From a virus (taxonomy: Duplodnaviria > Caudoviricetes): a DNA stretch of 36,743 nucleotides. Made by a program: the position numbers and the translations under genes. This document shows, one piece after another, positions 24,538 to 32,720 of this stretch. Position 1 is the first letter of the stretch. Each line of letters begins with the position of its first letter. The DNA is taken from positions 1 to 36,743 of IMG/VR virus record IMGVR_UViG_3300032330_001542. The stretch is one strand, 5' to 3'. Below the pieces are notes generated by a model. It saw only the letters and a program-made list of their open reading frames with translations. It searched no databases and was not told the origin of the DNA.

Positions 24538-25889
24538 TGAGACTACAGGACCTATTTGAAACTCGCAAAGCGGTGGCGGAGGCCACTGGAGACAAACCAT
24601 TTGATAATATGATGAAAGGTATTGTCAAGGGAACTAAGAAGCAAGCAGCCGCAGATCGCCGAGAACAGAAAAAACAAGATCAAGAAAGAGCACGAGCCGC
24701 ATTTGGGCCTAATCCTGCTGATAAACTCAGTATTAGAAAGCCAGGTGTGGCGGAAGGTGTAATGAGCGAGATTGATTTGGAGTTGCGTGAAATTGTTGCT
24801 AATCAAGATTTTGATGCTCTGTACAATTTGTTTTCAGCTAATACTCCAGCCGGTCGCTATGTACAAAATATCTACAATGATGTTGCTATCGATCACAGAC
24901 TACATCCAGATGATGATTTTGAACGCATTGAAAAATTGGTATTTGATCGTTTGGAAGATCAATTCGGCGAGCAAGGTGTGGCGGAAGGCTCAGTCGAAGA
25001 AGGTGTCATTGACAAAGTCCGTGCTATGAACTATGATCGTTTGGCAAAGAGGTCTGACAAAAAAGTGCAAACAGCATTTGATAAAATGCAGGATTTTGAC
25101 TTCGCTGATCCGGAAAGATTCCCGCATGAAAAGGAATTTTCTGATCAAATGGACAAGATGGGACAAAGAACCAAAAAAGCAAATCAGTTGCGTACAGAGC
25201 AAGGTGTGGCGGAAGGTGAGGGTTCAAAATCTAGCCCTTACGAGCAAGGTGGTACTGATGCTTGGTATCATCGTGGATTTGATCCAAAGGCACATGGATA
25301 TAAACCCGGCACCGAAGAATACCGTGAGTACAAACGAGGCTTTGACCAAAACGACTTCGGCCCAGAAGGCGGCAAGCAATATGTTGAAGAACTCACTGTG
25401 CCTGCTGCTGTCAAAGGTGCTGGCAAGGTCATAGGCAAGAAACTGCCTCTTGTGGCCGTACCTTTGGGTGCCTATGATGCCTATGAGAGAGCCAAAGCAG
25501 GAGATATAGCCGGTGCAGGTTTGGCAGCAGGTTCTATGATAGGTGGTATTCCACATCCATTAACAATTGGTGCAAGTCTTGGATTAGATGCCATACAGGC
25601 CTTGCGCGACAAAGCACGCACAGGTGAATATTTGCCCGACTATGAAAAAATCGCAGCAGCAGTGGCCAAAGACCAGGCCAAACAAACTGCCATGCCAGCA
25701 GACAAATGGTCCGATGTGCCCACTGACAAGTGGCAGGCCAAAGACGACAAATCGGATATCATTGTTCACAGTCCCATAAAGATTGGCACTGATGATGAAG
25801 ATGACGAAGATGAAGCTCTCATTGACAAAAACCTCAAAGAAAATTCCGAACTAGACCGTATTCGGTACTACGTCAAATACACAGGCTAA
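24537..25889 (+). CDS. Cassette polyprotein 2: short unrelated modules joined by [QP]GVAEG linkers
   Basis: Leader MRLQDLFE; KAVAEA, PGVAEG, QGVAEG twice; Gly/Ala-rich hydrophobic module; LKE-NSELDRIR end. Confidence 0.8.
   Translation: MRLQDLFETRKAVAEATGDKPFDNMMKGIVKGTKKQAAADRREQKKQDQERARAAFGPNPADKLSIRKPGVAEGVMSEIDLELREIVANQDFDALYNLFSANTPAGRYVQNIYNDVAIDHRLHPDDDFERIEKLVFDRLEDQFGEQGVAEGSVEEGVIDKVRAMNYDRLAKRSDKKVQTAFDKMQDFDFADPERFPHEKEFSDQMDKMGQRTKKANQLRTEQGVAEGEGSKSSPYEQGGTDAWYHRGFDPKAHGYKPGTEEYREYKRGFDQNDFGPEGGKQYVEELTVPAAVKGAGKVIGKKLPLVAVPLGAYDAYERAKAGDIAGAGLAAGSMIGGIPHPLTIGASLGLDAIQALRDKARTGEYLPDYEKIAAAVAKDQAKQTAMPADKWSDVPTDKWQAKDDKSDIIVHSPIKIGTDDEDDEDEALIDKNLKENSELDRIRYYVKYTG
24566..25216 (+). 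repeat. Array 2 of the 18-bp repeat (3 copies plus 1 degenerate)
   Basis: Degenerate copy 24566-24583 (core GTGGCGGA kept); copies at 24740 (1 mismatch), 24971 (0) and 25199 (0); periods 174, 231 and 228 bp. Confidence 0.92.
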
Positions 25890-25904
25890 ATGGTTACATA
25901 GGTC

Positions 25905-25933
25905 TTGTTTTTCTCAAAGTAATGCTGTATAAT
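25905..25933 (+). promoter_or_regulatory. sigma70-like promoter for the replication operon
   Basis: TTGTTT-N17-TATAAT, followed by an AGGAG RBS and ATG 25961. Confidence 0.7.
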
Positions 25934-25960
25934 ACACAGATTACTTTTTAGGAGACAGCT

Positions 25961-26221
25961 ATGTCATCAAAAATTTTCAGCTCAGAAGAAAAAGCCAAAC
26001 TAACCCAAATCATCAATGAAGGCAGTCGCGTGATGCAAGAGATCGAAGATCTCAACGGTGGACTCTCAGACACTATCAAAGCCGTGGCAGAAGAAATGGA
26101 AATCAAACCCGGCGTGCTCAAAAAAGCCATTCGCCTGGCTCACAAGGCCGAATTTGGCAAAGAGCAACAGGATCACGAATTGTTGGAAACAATTTTGACC
26201 ACAGTAGGTAAAACCTTATAA
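25961..26221 (+). CDS. T4 DsbA/GapR-like double-stranded DNA-binding protein
   Basis: 86-aa helical protein, KLTQIINEG..IEDL..LSDTIKAVAEEMEIKPGVLKKAIRLAHK; size and pattern resemble T4 DsbA. Confidence 0.6.
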   Translation: MSSKIFSSEEKAKLTQIINEGSRVMQEIEDLNGGLSDTIKAVAEEMEIKPGVLKKAIRLAHKAEFGKEQQDHELLETILTTVGKTL

Positions 26222-26242
26222 TTACTGTCAAGCAGTCGATTC

Positions 26243-26292
26243 GCCCACGTTACGGGCATGCAGAACGGCCAGTGGGCCATAAGCCACAGGAG
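26243..26292 (+). promoter_or_regulatory. Structured leader upstream of the DNA polymerase (candidate translational operator)
   Basis: GCCC/GGGC and GGCC/GGCC stems, alternative GCCCAC/GTGGGC pairing, adjacent to SD AGGAG 26288-26292. Confidence 0.4.
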
Positions 26293-26296
26293 ATAC

Positions 26297-28954
26297 ATGA
26301 GTTACGTTGACAGTCTTTTTGATCGTGAACACGATCGCATACACGTTGTAGAGCGTAAAAATGGTGAACGGGTATATCAAGAATATCCGGCCAATTTTAT
26401 TTTCTACTACGATGATCCCCGAGGCAAGTTCCGCAGCATCTTTGGCACACCTGTGGCCAGATTCAGCACCAGGCAAAACAAAGAGTTCCGCAAGGAACTG
26501 CGCATCCAGTCTGGTAAGACCATATATGAGTCTGACATCAATCCGGTGTTTCGTTGCCTGGAAGAAAACTACAAAGGTCTGGATGCGCCTCGACTGCATA
26601 CAGCGTTCTTTGACATTGAGGTAGATTTCGATCCTGAGCGCGGATTCAGTCGTCCCGACGATCCATTCAATCCCATAACTGCCATTAGTTTGTATATGGA
26701 CTGGTTGGATCAAATTGTGACCCTGTTGGTGCCACCGCGGCACATGAGTGAGGAGACCGCACAGGAGATTGCAGGCGAATTCTCAAACACCTTTGTGTTC
26801 AAGACCGAAGCAGAGATGTTGGATGCATTTCTCAATCTCATTGACGATGCAGATGTGCTGTCAGGTTGGAACTCCGAAGGCTTTGATATTCCCTACACTG
26901 TGCAGCGTGTGACTCGCGTGTTATCCAAAGACGACACCAGGCGTTTTTGCTTGTGGGGGCAGTTTCCCAAGCAGCGAACCTTTGAACGCTTTGGTGCAGA
27001 GAACATGACCTTTGACCTTGTGGGTCGAGTGCACATGGACTATATGCAACTGTATCGCAAATACACTTACGAAGAACGCCACAGCTACAGCCTGGATGCC
27101 ATTGGTGAGTATGAGGATGTAGGCAGCAAGACCAAGTATGAAGGCACCTTGGATCAGTTGTTCAACAAGGACTGGAAACGATTCATTGAGTACAATCGCC
27201 AGGATACCATGTTGATTGCGCACCTGGACAAAAAACTGCGCTTCTTGGACTTGGCCAATACCTTGGCACATGAGAACACAGTGCTGCTGCAGACCACCAT
27301 GGGTGCAGTGGCAGTTACTGAGCAAGCCATTATCAATGAAGCACACGAACGAGGTCTTGTAGTTCCCAACCGCAAAGAAAGGCTCACAGATGAAGATACG
27401 CAAGCCGCAGGTGCCTATGTTGCTTATCCCAAAAAAGGGATTCACGAGTGGATCGGTTCAATCGACATCAACTCGCTGTATCCCTCGGCTATTAGAGCCC
27501 TCAACATGGCGCCAGAAACCATTGTTGGCCAACTCCGGCCGATAATGACTGATAGGTATATCAAGGAAAAGACATCATCGGGTAGTAGTTTTGCTGCTGC
27601 TTGGGAAGGCTTATTTGCCAGTCTTGAATATACCGCTGTAATGGAACAACAACGCGGCACCGAAGTCACAATTGACTGGCAAGATGGTGAGGAGAGTGTG
27701 CATTCGGCGGCTGAAGTTTGGAAAATGATCTTTGATAGTAATCAACCTTGGATGCTCACTGCCAACGGTACCATATTCACCTATGAAACCGAAGGCGTAA
27801 TACCAGGCTTGATCAAACGCTGGTATGCAGAACGCAAACAGATGCAGGCCAAACTGCGTGAGTGTACCAACAAAGAAGATGAGGAGTACTGGGACAAGCG
27901 TCAGTTGGTCAAAAAGATTAATTTGAATTCCTTGTACGGCGCTATCTTGAATCCTGGTTGCAGATTCTTTGACAAACGCATTGGTCAATCAACCACGCTC
28001 ACAGGTCGTTCAATTGCCCGTCACATGGATGCCTATGTGAATGAATGTATCACAGGCAAGTATGACCATGTGGGCGATGCTATTATCTATGGTGACACAG
28101 ACTCCTGTTACTTTACTGCGTGGCCTGCGTTGAAAGAAGAAGTTGAAGCAGGTCGCATGGAGTGGTCAAAGGAAACTTGCATTGCCTTGTACAACTCAAT
28201 TGCTGATCAGGTCAATACCAGTTTTGCTGGTTTCATGGAACAGGCATTTCACTGTCCGCGAGAACTGGGTGATGTGATCCGTGGTGGTCGAGAGATTGTG
28301 GCAGCCAAGGGTTTGTTTATCACTAAAAAGCGTTATGCTGTGCTGTACATTGACAAAGAAAACAAACGCACTGATGTCAATGGGTCGCCTGGCAAGGTCA
28401 AGGCCATGGGCCTGGATCTCAAGCGCAGTGATACACCTGTGGTTATTCAAGAGTTCCTGTCAGAAATTCTAAATAAAGTACTTACAGGAGCAGGCCGTGA
28501 GGAGATTGTGGAGCGTATTCGTGAGTTCAAGTATGAATTTACCGAACGACCAGGTTGGGAAAAAGGATCGCCCAAGCGTGTGAATAATTTGACCATGTAC
28601 GGCAAAAAGGAAGAACGCGAAGGCAAAACCAATATGCCAGGTCATGTGCGAGCAGCCTTGAACTGGAACAACCTACGCAGAATGAACTCAGACAACTATT
28701 CAATGCAGATAGTGGATGGAATGAAAACCATTGTGTGCAAACTCAAACCCAATCCCTTGGGATGGACATCTATTGGTTATCCCACAGACGAGTTACACTT
28801 GCCACAGTGGTTCAAGGACTTGCCGTTTGATGATGCTGAAATGGAAGCCACAGTAGTGGATCAAAAGATTGACAACTTGTTGGGTGTGTTGGGTTGGGAA
28901 TTGGCATCGGCAACCAACACAGAAAATACTTTCCAAACCTTGTTTGAGTTTTAA
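26297..28954 (+). CDS. polB: Family B DNA polymerase with 3'-5' exonuclease (T4 gp43-like)
   Basis: DIEVD, GWNSEGFD, YNRQD (Exo I-III); DINSLYPS, KKINLNSLYG, YGDTDS, KKRY; ATG 26297 after AGGAG. Confidence 0.95.
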   Translation: MSYVDSLFDREHDRIHVVERKNGERVYQEYPANFIFYYDDPRGKFRSIFGTPVARFSTRQNKEFRKELRIQSGKTIYESDINPVFRCLEENYKGLDAPRLHTAFFDIEVDFDPERGFSRPDDPFNPITAISLYMDWLDQIVTLLVPPRHMSEETAQEIAGEFSNTFVFKTEAEMLDAFLNLIDDADVLSGWNSEGFDIPYTVQRVTRVLSKDDTRRFCLWGQFPKQRTFERFGAENMTFDLVGRVHMDYMQLYRKYTYEERHSYSLDAIGEYEDVGSKTKYEGTLDQLFNKDWKRFIEYNRQDTMLIAHLDKKLRFLDLANTLAHENTVLLQTTMGAVAVTEQAIINEAHERGLVVPNRKERLTDEDTQAAGAYVAYPKKGIHEWIGSIDINSLYPSAIRALNMAPETIVGQLRPIMTDRYIKEKTSSGSSFAAAWEGLFASLEYTAVMEQQRGTEVTIDWQDGEESVHSAAEVWKMIFDSNQPWMLTANGTIFTYETEGVIPGLIKRWYAERKQMQAKLRECTNKEDEEYWDKRQLVKKINLNSLYGAILNPGCRFFDKRIGQSTTLTGRSIARHMDAYVNECITGKYDHVGDAIIYGDTDSCYFTAWPALKEEVEAGRMEWSKETCIALYNSIADQVNTSFAGFMEQAFHCPRELGDVIRGGREIVAAKGLFITKKRYAVLYIDKENKRTDVNGSPGKVKAMGLDLKRSDTPVVIQEFLSEILNKVLTGAGREEIVERIREFKYEFTERPGWEKGSPKRVNNLTMYGKKEEREGKTNMPGHVRAALNWNNLRRMNSDNYSMQIVDGMKTIVCKLKPNPLGWTSIGYPTDELHLPQWFKDLPFDDAEMEATVVDQKIDNLLGVLGWELASATNTENTFQTLFEF

Positions 28955-29877
28955 TGACCCCGTTAGATAAATTGGTTAGAGTACGCAATCTCATGCAAAA
29001 CATGGATTTGGATTCTAAATTACAGCGCGCCTACAAAGATTTCGAAAGCAGTTTAGATCCTGCTAGAGAAACTGAAGTTTTTGAATCACTACGGACTTGG
29101 TTGACCCCTGCCAAAGATGCACTAGACAATTACAAATCACAATACCAAAATGCCATTGACCATGTCAATCAACTAATTCAACAACAAGTACCCGTTGCTT
29201 TAGAAAAAAGTCGTCAAATTGATCTGGAATCAAGCCACGACAGCAATGAAACTATTCTGGTTCGTAAATTGTCAGTGTCTGATGAGCTTCATACTTGGTT
29301 TGCTCATAGATTACATGTATTGAGTTCCTGGCAGACCCCTGCCTTGGTGTTGAGACCCAGTGCTGAATGGTTAAACGATCTTGTGAGTAATGACCCACTA
29401 TATCTAGTAGACAAAAATTATGAATTACTAAAACCTTGTCAGGCAGGCTACCACGAAGTTTATCGACGCAGACTACGCGAATACATCATTGACGACACAC
29501 AAGATTCATTCCTAACTCATCAACTACCATTGGCTCAGTTTGGATTGGTGTTTGCCTGGAACTATTTTGAAATGCGCACTGTGGATGTGTTGGCCAAGTA
29601 TGTGGCACAAGTGGCACAATTGTTGAGACCTGGTGGTCATTTTGTTTTCACATATAACAATTGCGATCACGAAAATGGCATTAGACTTATTGATCATTAT
29701 TCAGGCACCTACATAGACCTTGCTCTGATCAAACAAATTGCCGATCAACATGATTTACTCGTGTCCAATTATCAAGGTCGGTCCAACATAGCATGGATAG
29801 AATTAAAACGGCCAGGAGAAATTGCCAGCCTAAGAGGCGGACAAAATTTGGCCAAAATTGTTGCAAAATCTAAATAA
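28954..29877 (+). CDS. Coiled-coil plus class I methyltransferase-like protein
   Basis: QFGLVFAWNYF...LLRPGGHFVFTY resembles the C-terminal half of a class I MTase; no clear motif I. Confidence 0.55.
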   Translation: MTPLDKLVRVRNLMQNMDLDSKLQRAYKDFESSLDPARETEVFESLRTWLTPAKDALDNYKSQYQNAIDHVNQLIQQQVPVALEKSRQIDLESSHDSNETILVRKLSVSDELHTWFAHRLHVLSSWQTPALVLRPSAEWLNDLVSNDPLYLVDKNYELLKPCQAGYHEVYRRRLREYIIDDTQDSFLTHQLPLAQFGLVFAWNYFEMRTVDVLAKYVAQVAQLLRPGGHFVFTYNNCDHENGIRLIDHYSGTYIDLALIKQIADQHDLLVSNYQGRSNIAWIELKRPGEIASLRGGQNLAKIVAKSK

Positions 29878-29889
29878 CCCCTGTATACT
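29861..29889 (+). promoter_or_regulatory. sigma70-like promoter with a nested TAAATA
   Basis: TTGCAA-N17-TATACT, TAAATA at 29871-29876 within the spacer, AGGAG RBS follows. Confidence 0.65.
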
Positions 29890-29908
29890 ATCACCATAGG
29901 AGAAACAC

Positions 29909-30634
29909 ATGAAAGATTATTTGTCGGATTTAGTATCACACACTCACGACCTAGGCTGTATTGACCTAGTTAAAATCACAGGCACTGACAAAGAAACTGC
30001 TATCTCAGGCATTGCTGAAGATCGCTCAGTGGTGGTAGATGGTCACTTTGCCAATCCTGTGCCAGAATTCATTGGTACCTTTGGTATGCCTAACTTGGGC
30101 AAACTCAAGATCCTGTTGAACTTGCAGGAATATCGTGAAAATGCCAAGTTATCAATCAAGGCTCGCGGCGACAACAGCGGTCCAGAAAGCATCAACTTTG
30201 AAAACGCCACAGGCGACTTCCGAAACAACTATCGTTTTATGGCACCAGAAATTGTGAATGAGAAATTGAAAACTGTGAAATTCAAGGGTGCCAAGTGGAA
30301 TGTGGAATTCCAACCCACTGTGGCTGCTATTCAGCGACTGAAGATGCAGGCCAGTGCCAATGCTGAAGAACCCAACTTTCAGGCCAAGACCGAAAACGGC
30401 GACTTGAAGTTTTTCTTTGGTGACCATAGCACACACGCTGGTAACTTTGTGTTTCATCCTGCGGTAGGTGGCGAACTCAAGCGTCAGTGGTCTTGGCCTG
30501 TGAAGACTTTCATCAGTATTATGGACTTGGTAGGTGACAAGACTGTGCGAATCAGTGATGAAGGTGCAGCTCAGATCACAGTGGATTCAGGCATTGCTGT
30601 TTACAACTATATCTTGCCAGCACAGACCAAGTGA
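29909..30634 (+). CDS. Probable DNA polymerase sliding clamp (gp45/PCNA-like)
   Basis: 241 aa, alternating beta/alpha two-domain pattern, C-terminal YNYILPA strand like other clamps, near polB; inference only. Confidence 0.5.
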   Translation: MKDYLSDLVSHTHDLGCIDLVKITGTDKETAISGIAEDRSVVVDGHFANPVPEFIGTFGMPNLGKLKILLNLQEYRENAKLSIKARGDNSGPESINFENATGDFRNNYRFMAPEIVNEKLKTVKFKGAKWNVEFQPTVAAIQRLKMQASANAEEPNFQAKTENGDLKFFFGDHSTHAGNFVFHPAVGGELKRQWSWPVKTFISIMDLVGDKTVRISDEGAAQITVDSGIAVYNYILPAQTK

Positions 30635-32199
30635 CCCAAGACAAACTCACAGCCAAGCAGAATGACTATGCTGTTTTTCTGCCAGCCATCTCGGGGTTCT
30701 ATGCCACCTACATAGGCAAACAGCGTGATCCTGTGAATGGTCCGTATGTGCCACAGACCCGAATGCCCGCAGCCTTGCAGGACATGGAGGAAATGAATTG
30801 GCTCAACAGTCAAAAAGGTTTGTTTCCCTATCGCTGGAGCCTGTATTCAGGCGGTCACGCCAATCTTGATTTGAACAAACAGGATTGGTCCGAGGACATG
30901 GTTCGTAGTCGCGAGCCTGGCACATTCATGCTTGGTGACTCGGGTGGATTCCAAATTGCCAAAGGCCTATGGGAAGGTGACTGGCGTGCCAACTCTGGTT
31001 GTGCCAAGGCACAAAAGAAACGCGATGCAGTGCTGAAATGGTTGGATGGTATTGCCGACTATGGCATGATTCTGGACATACCAACCTGGGTCATACACGA
31101 CAAAAAAGCCAGCGATGCCTGCAAGATTACCACATTGCAAGAAGCCATTGCTGCCACTAAATTCAACAACGAATATTTTATTCGCAATAGAAAAGGTCGT
31201 GAACAAGGGGGTGCACGTTTCTTAAACGTGTTACAGGGTGAGCATCATGCGTCAGCTGATGCTTGGTACGACATCATGAAACACTATTGCGATCCTGCAC
31301 AGTATCCCGGTAATCACTTTGATGGTTGGGCCATGGGTGGTCAGAACATGTGCGACGTGCACTTGGTGCTTAGACGCTTGGTGGCCCTTAGACACGATAA
31401 TCTACTACAACAAGGAGTTCACGACTGGATGCACTTCTTGGGCACATCAAAACTGGAATGGGCACTGCTGCTCACAGACATACAGCGAGCAGTGAGAAAA
31501 TATGTTAATCCCAATTTCACCATCAGCTTTGACTGCGCCAGCCCATTTCTTGCCACTGCCAATGGTCAGGTGTATCATCACATTGACTTGCCACACAACA
31601 GCAAATGGTGTTACAGGATGAGTCCCATTGCTGATGATAAAAAATATGCTACCGACACAAGACCTTATGGACAAGCCGCATTGGCAGATGGATTGATTGA
31701 TCACTTTGATGAAAGTCCCGTCAGTCTGCGTATGCAAATGAAAGATGTGTGTGTTTACCGGCCTGGTGACCTAAACAAGATTGGCAAAGAAGGCAAGACA
31801 AGTTGGGACAGTTTCAGCTATGCCTTGCTCATGGGTCATAATGTTTGGATGCACATCGAAGCAGTACAGCGTGCCAATCGTGAGTATGATGCAGGCACTT
31901 GGCCCAACATGATGTGGAACCAAGGTACCAAAGGTCGCACTGGTGACCATGCTCGATTCAAAGACATTGTGGATGCCATATTTGCCACCGCCGACCGAGC
32001 GGAATCCGAAGCCATTATTGAACACTACAGTCGCTATTGGATGGACATTGTGGGCACACGCGGTTTCAAAGGTGACAAGGTTGTGAGTGCAAGGCCTCAG
32101 TTTAACGCACTATTTGACACGGAAGAAGTTGACGAAGGTGAGGAAGATAGTGTACAATTAGATGCATCAGCCCTGGAACAACTCGAGAAGGATCAGTGA
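30631..32199 (+). CDS. TGT/DpdA-like guanine transglycosylase
   Basis: GDSGGFQI, ILDIP, NVLQG, GWAMGG, MHFLG and SFDCASP match TGT catalytic and substrate motifs; no CxCxxC zinc site; clustered with QueD-like and FolE genes. Confidence 0.8.
   Translation: MTQDKLTAKQNDYAVFLPAISGFYATYIGKQRDPVNGPYVPQTRMPAALQDMEEMNWLNSQKGLFPYRWSLYSGGHANLDLNKQDWSEDMVRSREPGTFMLGDSGGFQIAKGLWEGDWRANSGCAKAQKKRDAVLKWLDGIADYGMILDIPTWVIHDKKASDACKITTLQEAIAATKFNNEYFIRNRKGREQGGARFLNVLQGEHHASADAWYDIMKHYCDPAQYPGNHFDGWAMGGQNMCDVHLVLRRLVALRHDNLLQQGVHDWMHFLGTSKLEWALLLTDIQRAVRKYVNPNFTISFDCASPFLATANGQVYHHIDLPHNSKWCYRMSPIADDKKYATDTRPYGQAALADGLIDHFDESPVSLRMQMKDVCVYRPGDLNKIGKEGKTSWDSFSYALLMGHNVWMHIEAVQRANREYDAGTWPNMMWNQGTKGRTGDHARFKDIVDAIFATADRAESEAIIEHYSRYWMDIVGTRGFKGDKVVSARPQFNALFDTEEVDEGEEDSVQLDASALEQLEKDQ
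32129..32158 (+). promoter_or_regulatory. sigma70-like promoter inside the 3' end of the TGT-like gene
   Basis: TTGACG-N18-TACAAT about 45 nt upstream of the next start. Confidence 0.5.
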
Positions 32200-32201
32200 T
32201 T

Positions 32202-32720
32202 ATGAATCGCCAAGGACATGAAGAAGTGGATTTCTTTGTTGGTACAGAAGTTGAACAGTCACCTGCATATGGATTGACCACACTGTTTGTGGTAGGTATT
32301 CAAGACACAGATGACATCAACTACTTCGCTGAATTACATGGCTGCGAGCATATCTATTTTGGTGCCAACCACAGCTTTCAAATTGCTGAAGCAGCAGATT
32401 GGAAGTCTTGGTACATGATGATTACTGATCTTTTAGAGCGTGGTTGGTTATGCACCTTGGATTTGGATGTAAGTGAAGTAGAAAGTTTGCTGGGCAGTGG
32501 CCTGTGCGAACATCACAAATTTATTCCCATGATCAGTGTGAAATTGCCCTATGCCAATCAACTCAACTACAATGCCACACTCAAAATTGACGACAAAGAT
32601 TTCAACTTAACCAACCCCGGCGTATGGTGTCACAGCCTACATGAACTCACACGCCGTGACACATTCACTGACTGGTCAAAATATTCCAAAGATCAATGTA
32701 TAAACAAGGAACAACGATGA
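32202..32720 (+). CDS. Hypothetical protein in the deazaguanine cluster
   Basis: ORF 32196..32720, ATG 32202 after AAGGA; motif HIYFGANHSF; function unknown. Confidence 0.75.
   Translation: MNRQGHEEVDFFVGTEVEQSPAYGLTTLFVVGIQDTDDINYFAELHGCEHIYFGANHSFQIAEAADWKSWYMMITDLLERGWLCTLDLDVSEVESLLGSGLCEHHKFIPMISVKLPYANQLNYNATLKIDDKDFNLTNPGVWCHSLHELTRRDTFTDWSKYSKDQCINKEQR

Noticed and set aside
17756-25216. CRISPR array interpretation of the 18-bp repeats
   Set aside because: Intervening segments are about 155-465 bp, variable, in frame and protein coding; the repeat is not palindromic; no cas genes in the window.
25241-25252. Partial repeat matches GAGCAAGGT (also near 18789)
   Set aside because: They lack the GTGGCGGAAGG core and fall inside modules; likely chance E-Q-G codons.
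17055-25889. Diversity-generating retroelement or shufflon
   Set aside because: No reverse transcriptase, no template/variable repeat pair with A-specific mismatches seen, and all repeats are direct rather than inverted, with no invertase in the window.
26297-28954. Intein or intron in the DNA polymerase
   Set aside because: The ORF is continuous, of normal length (about 885 aa) and has all motifs in order.
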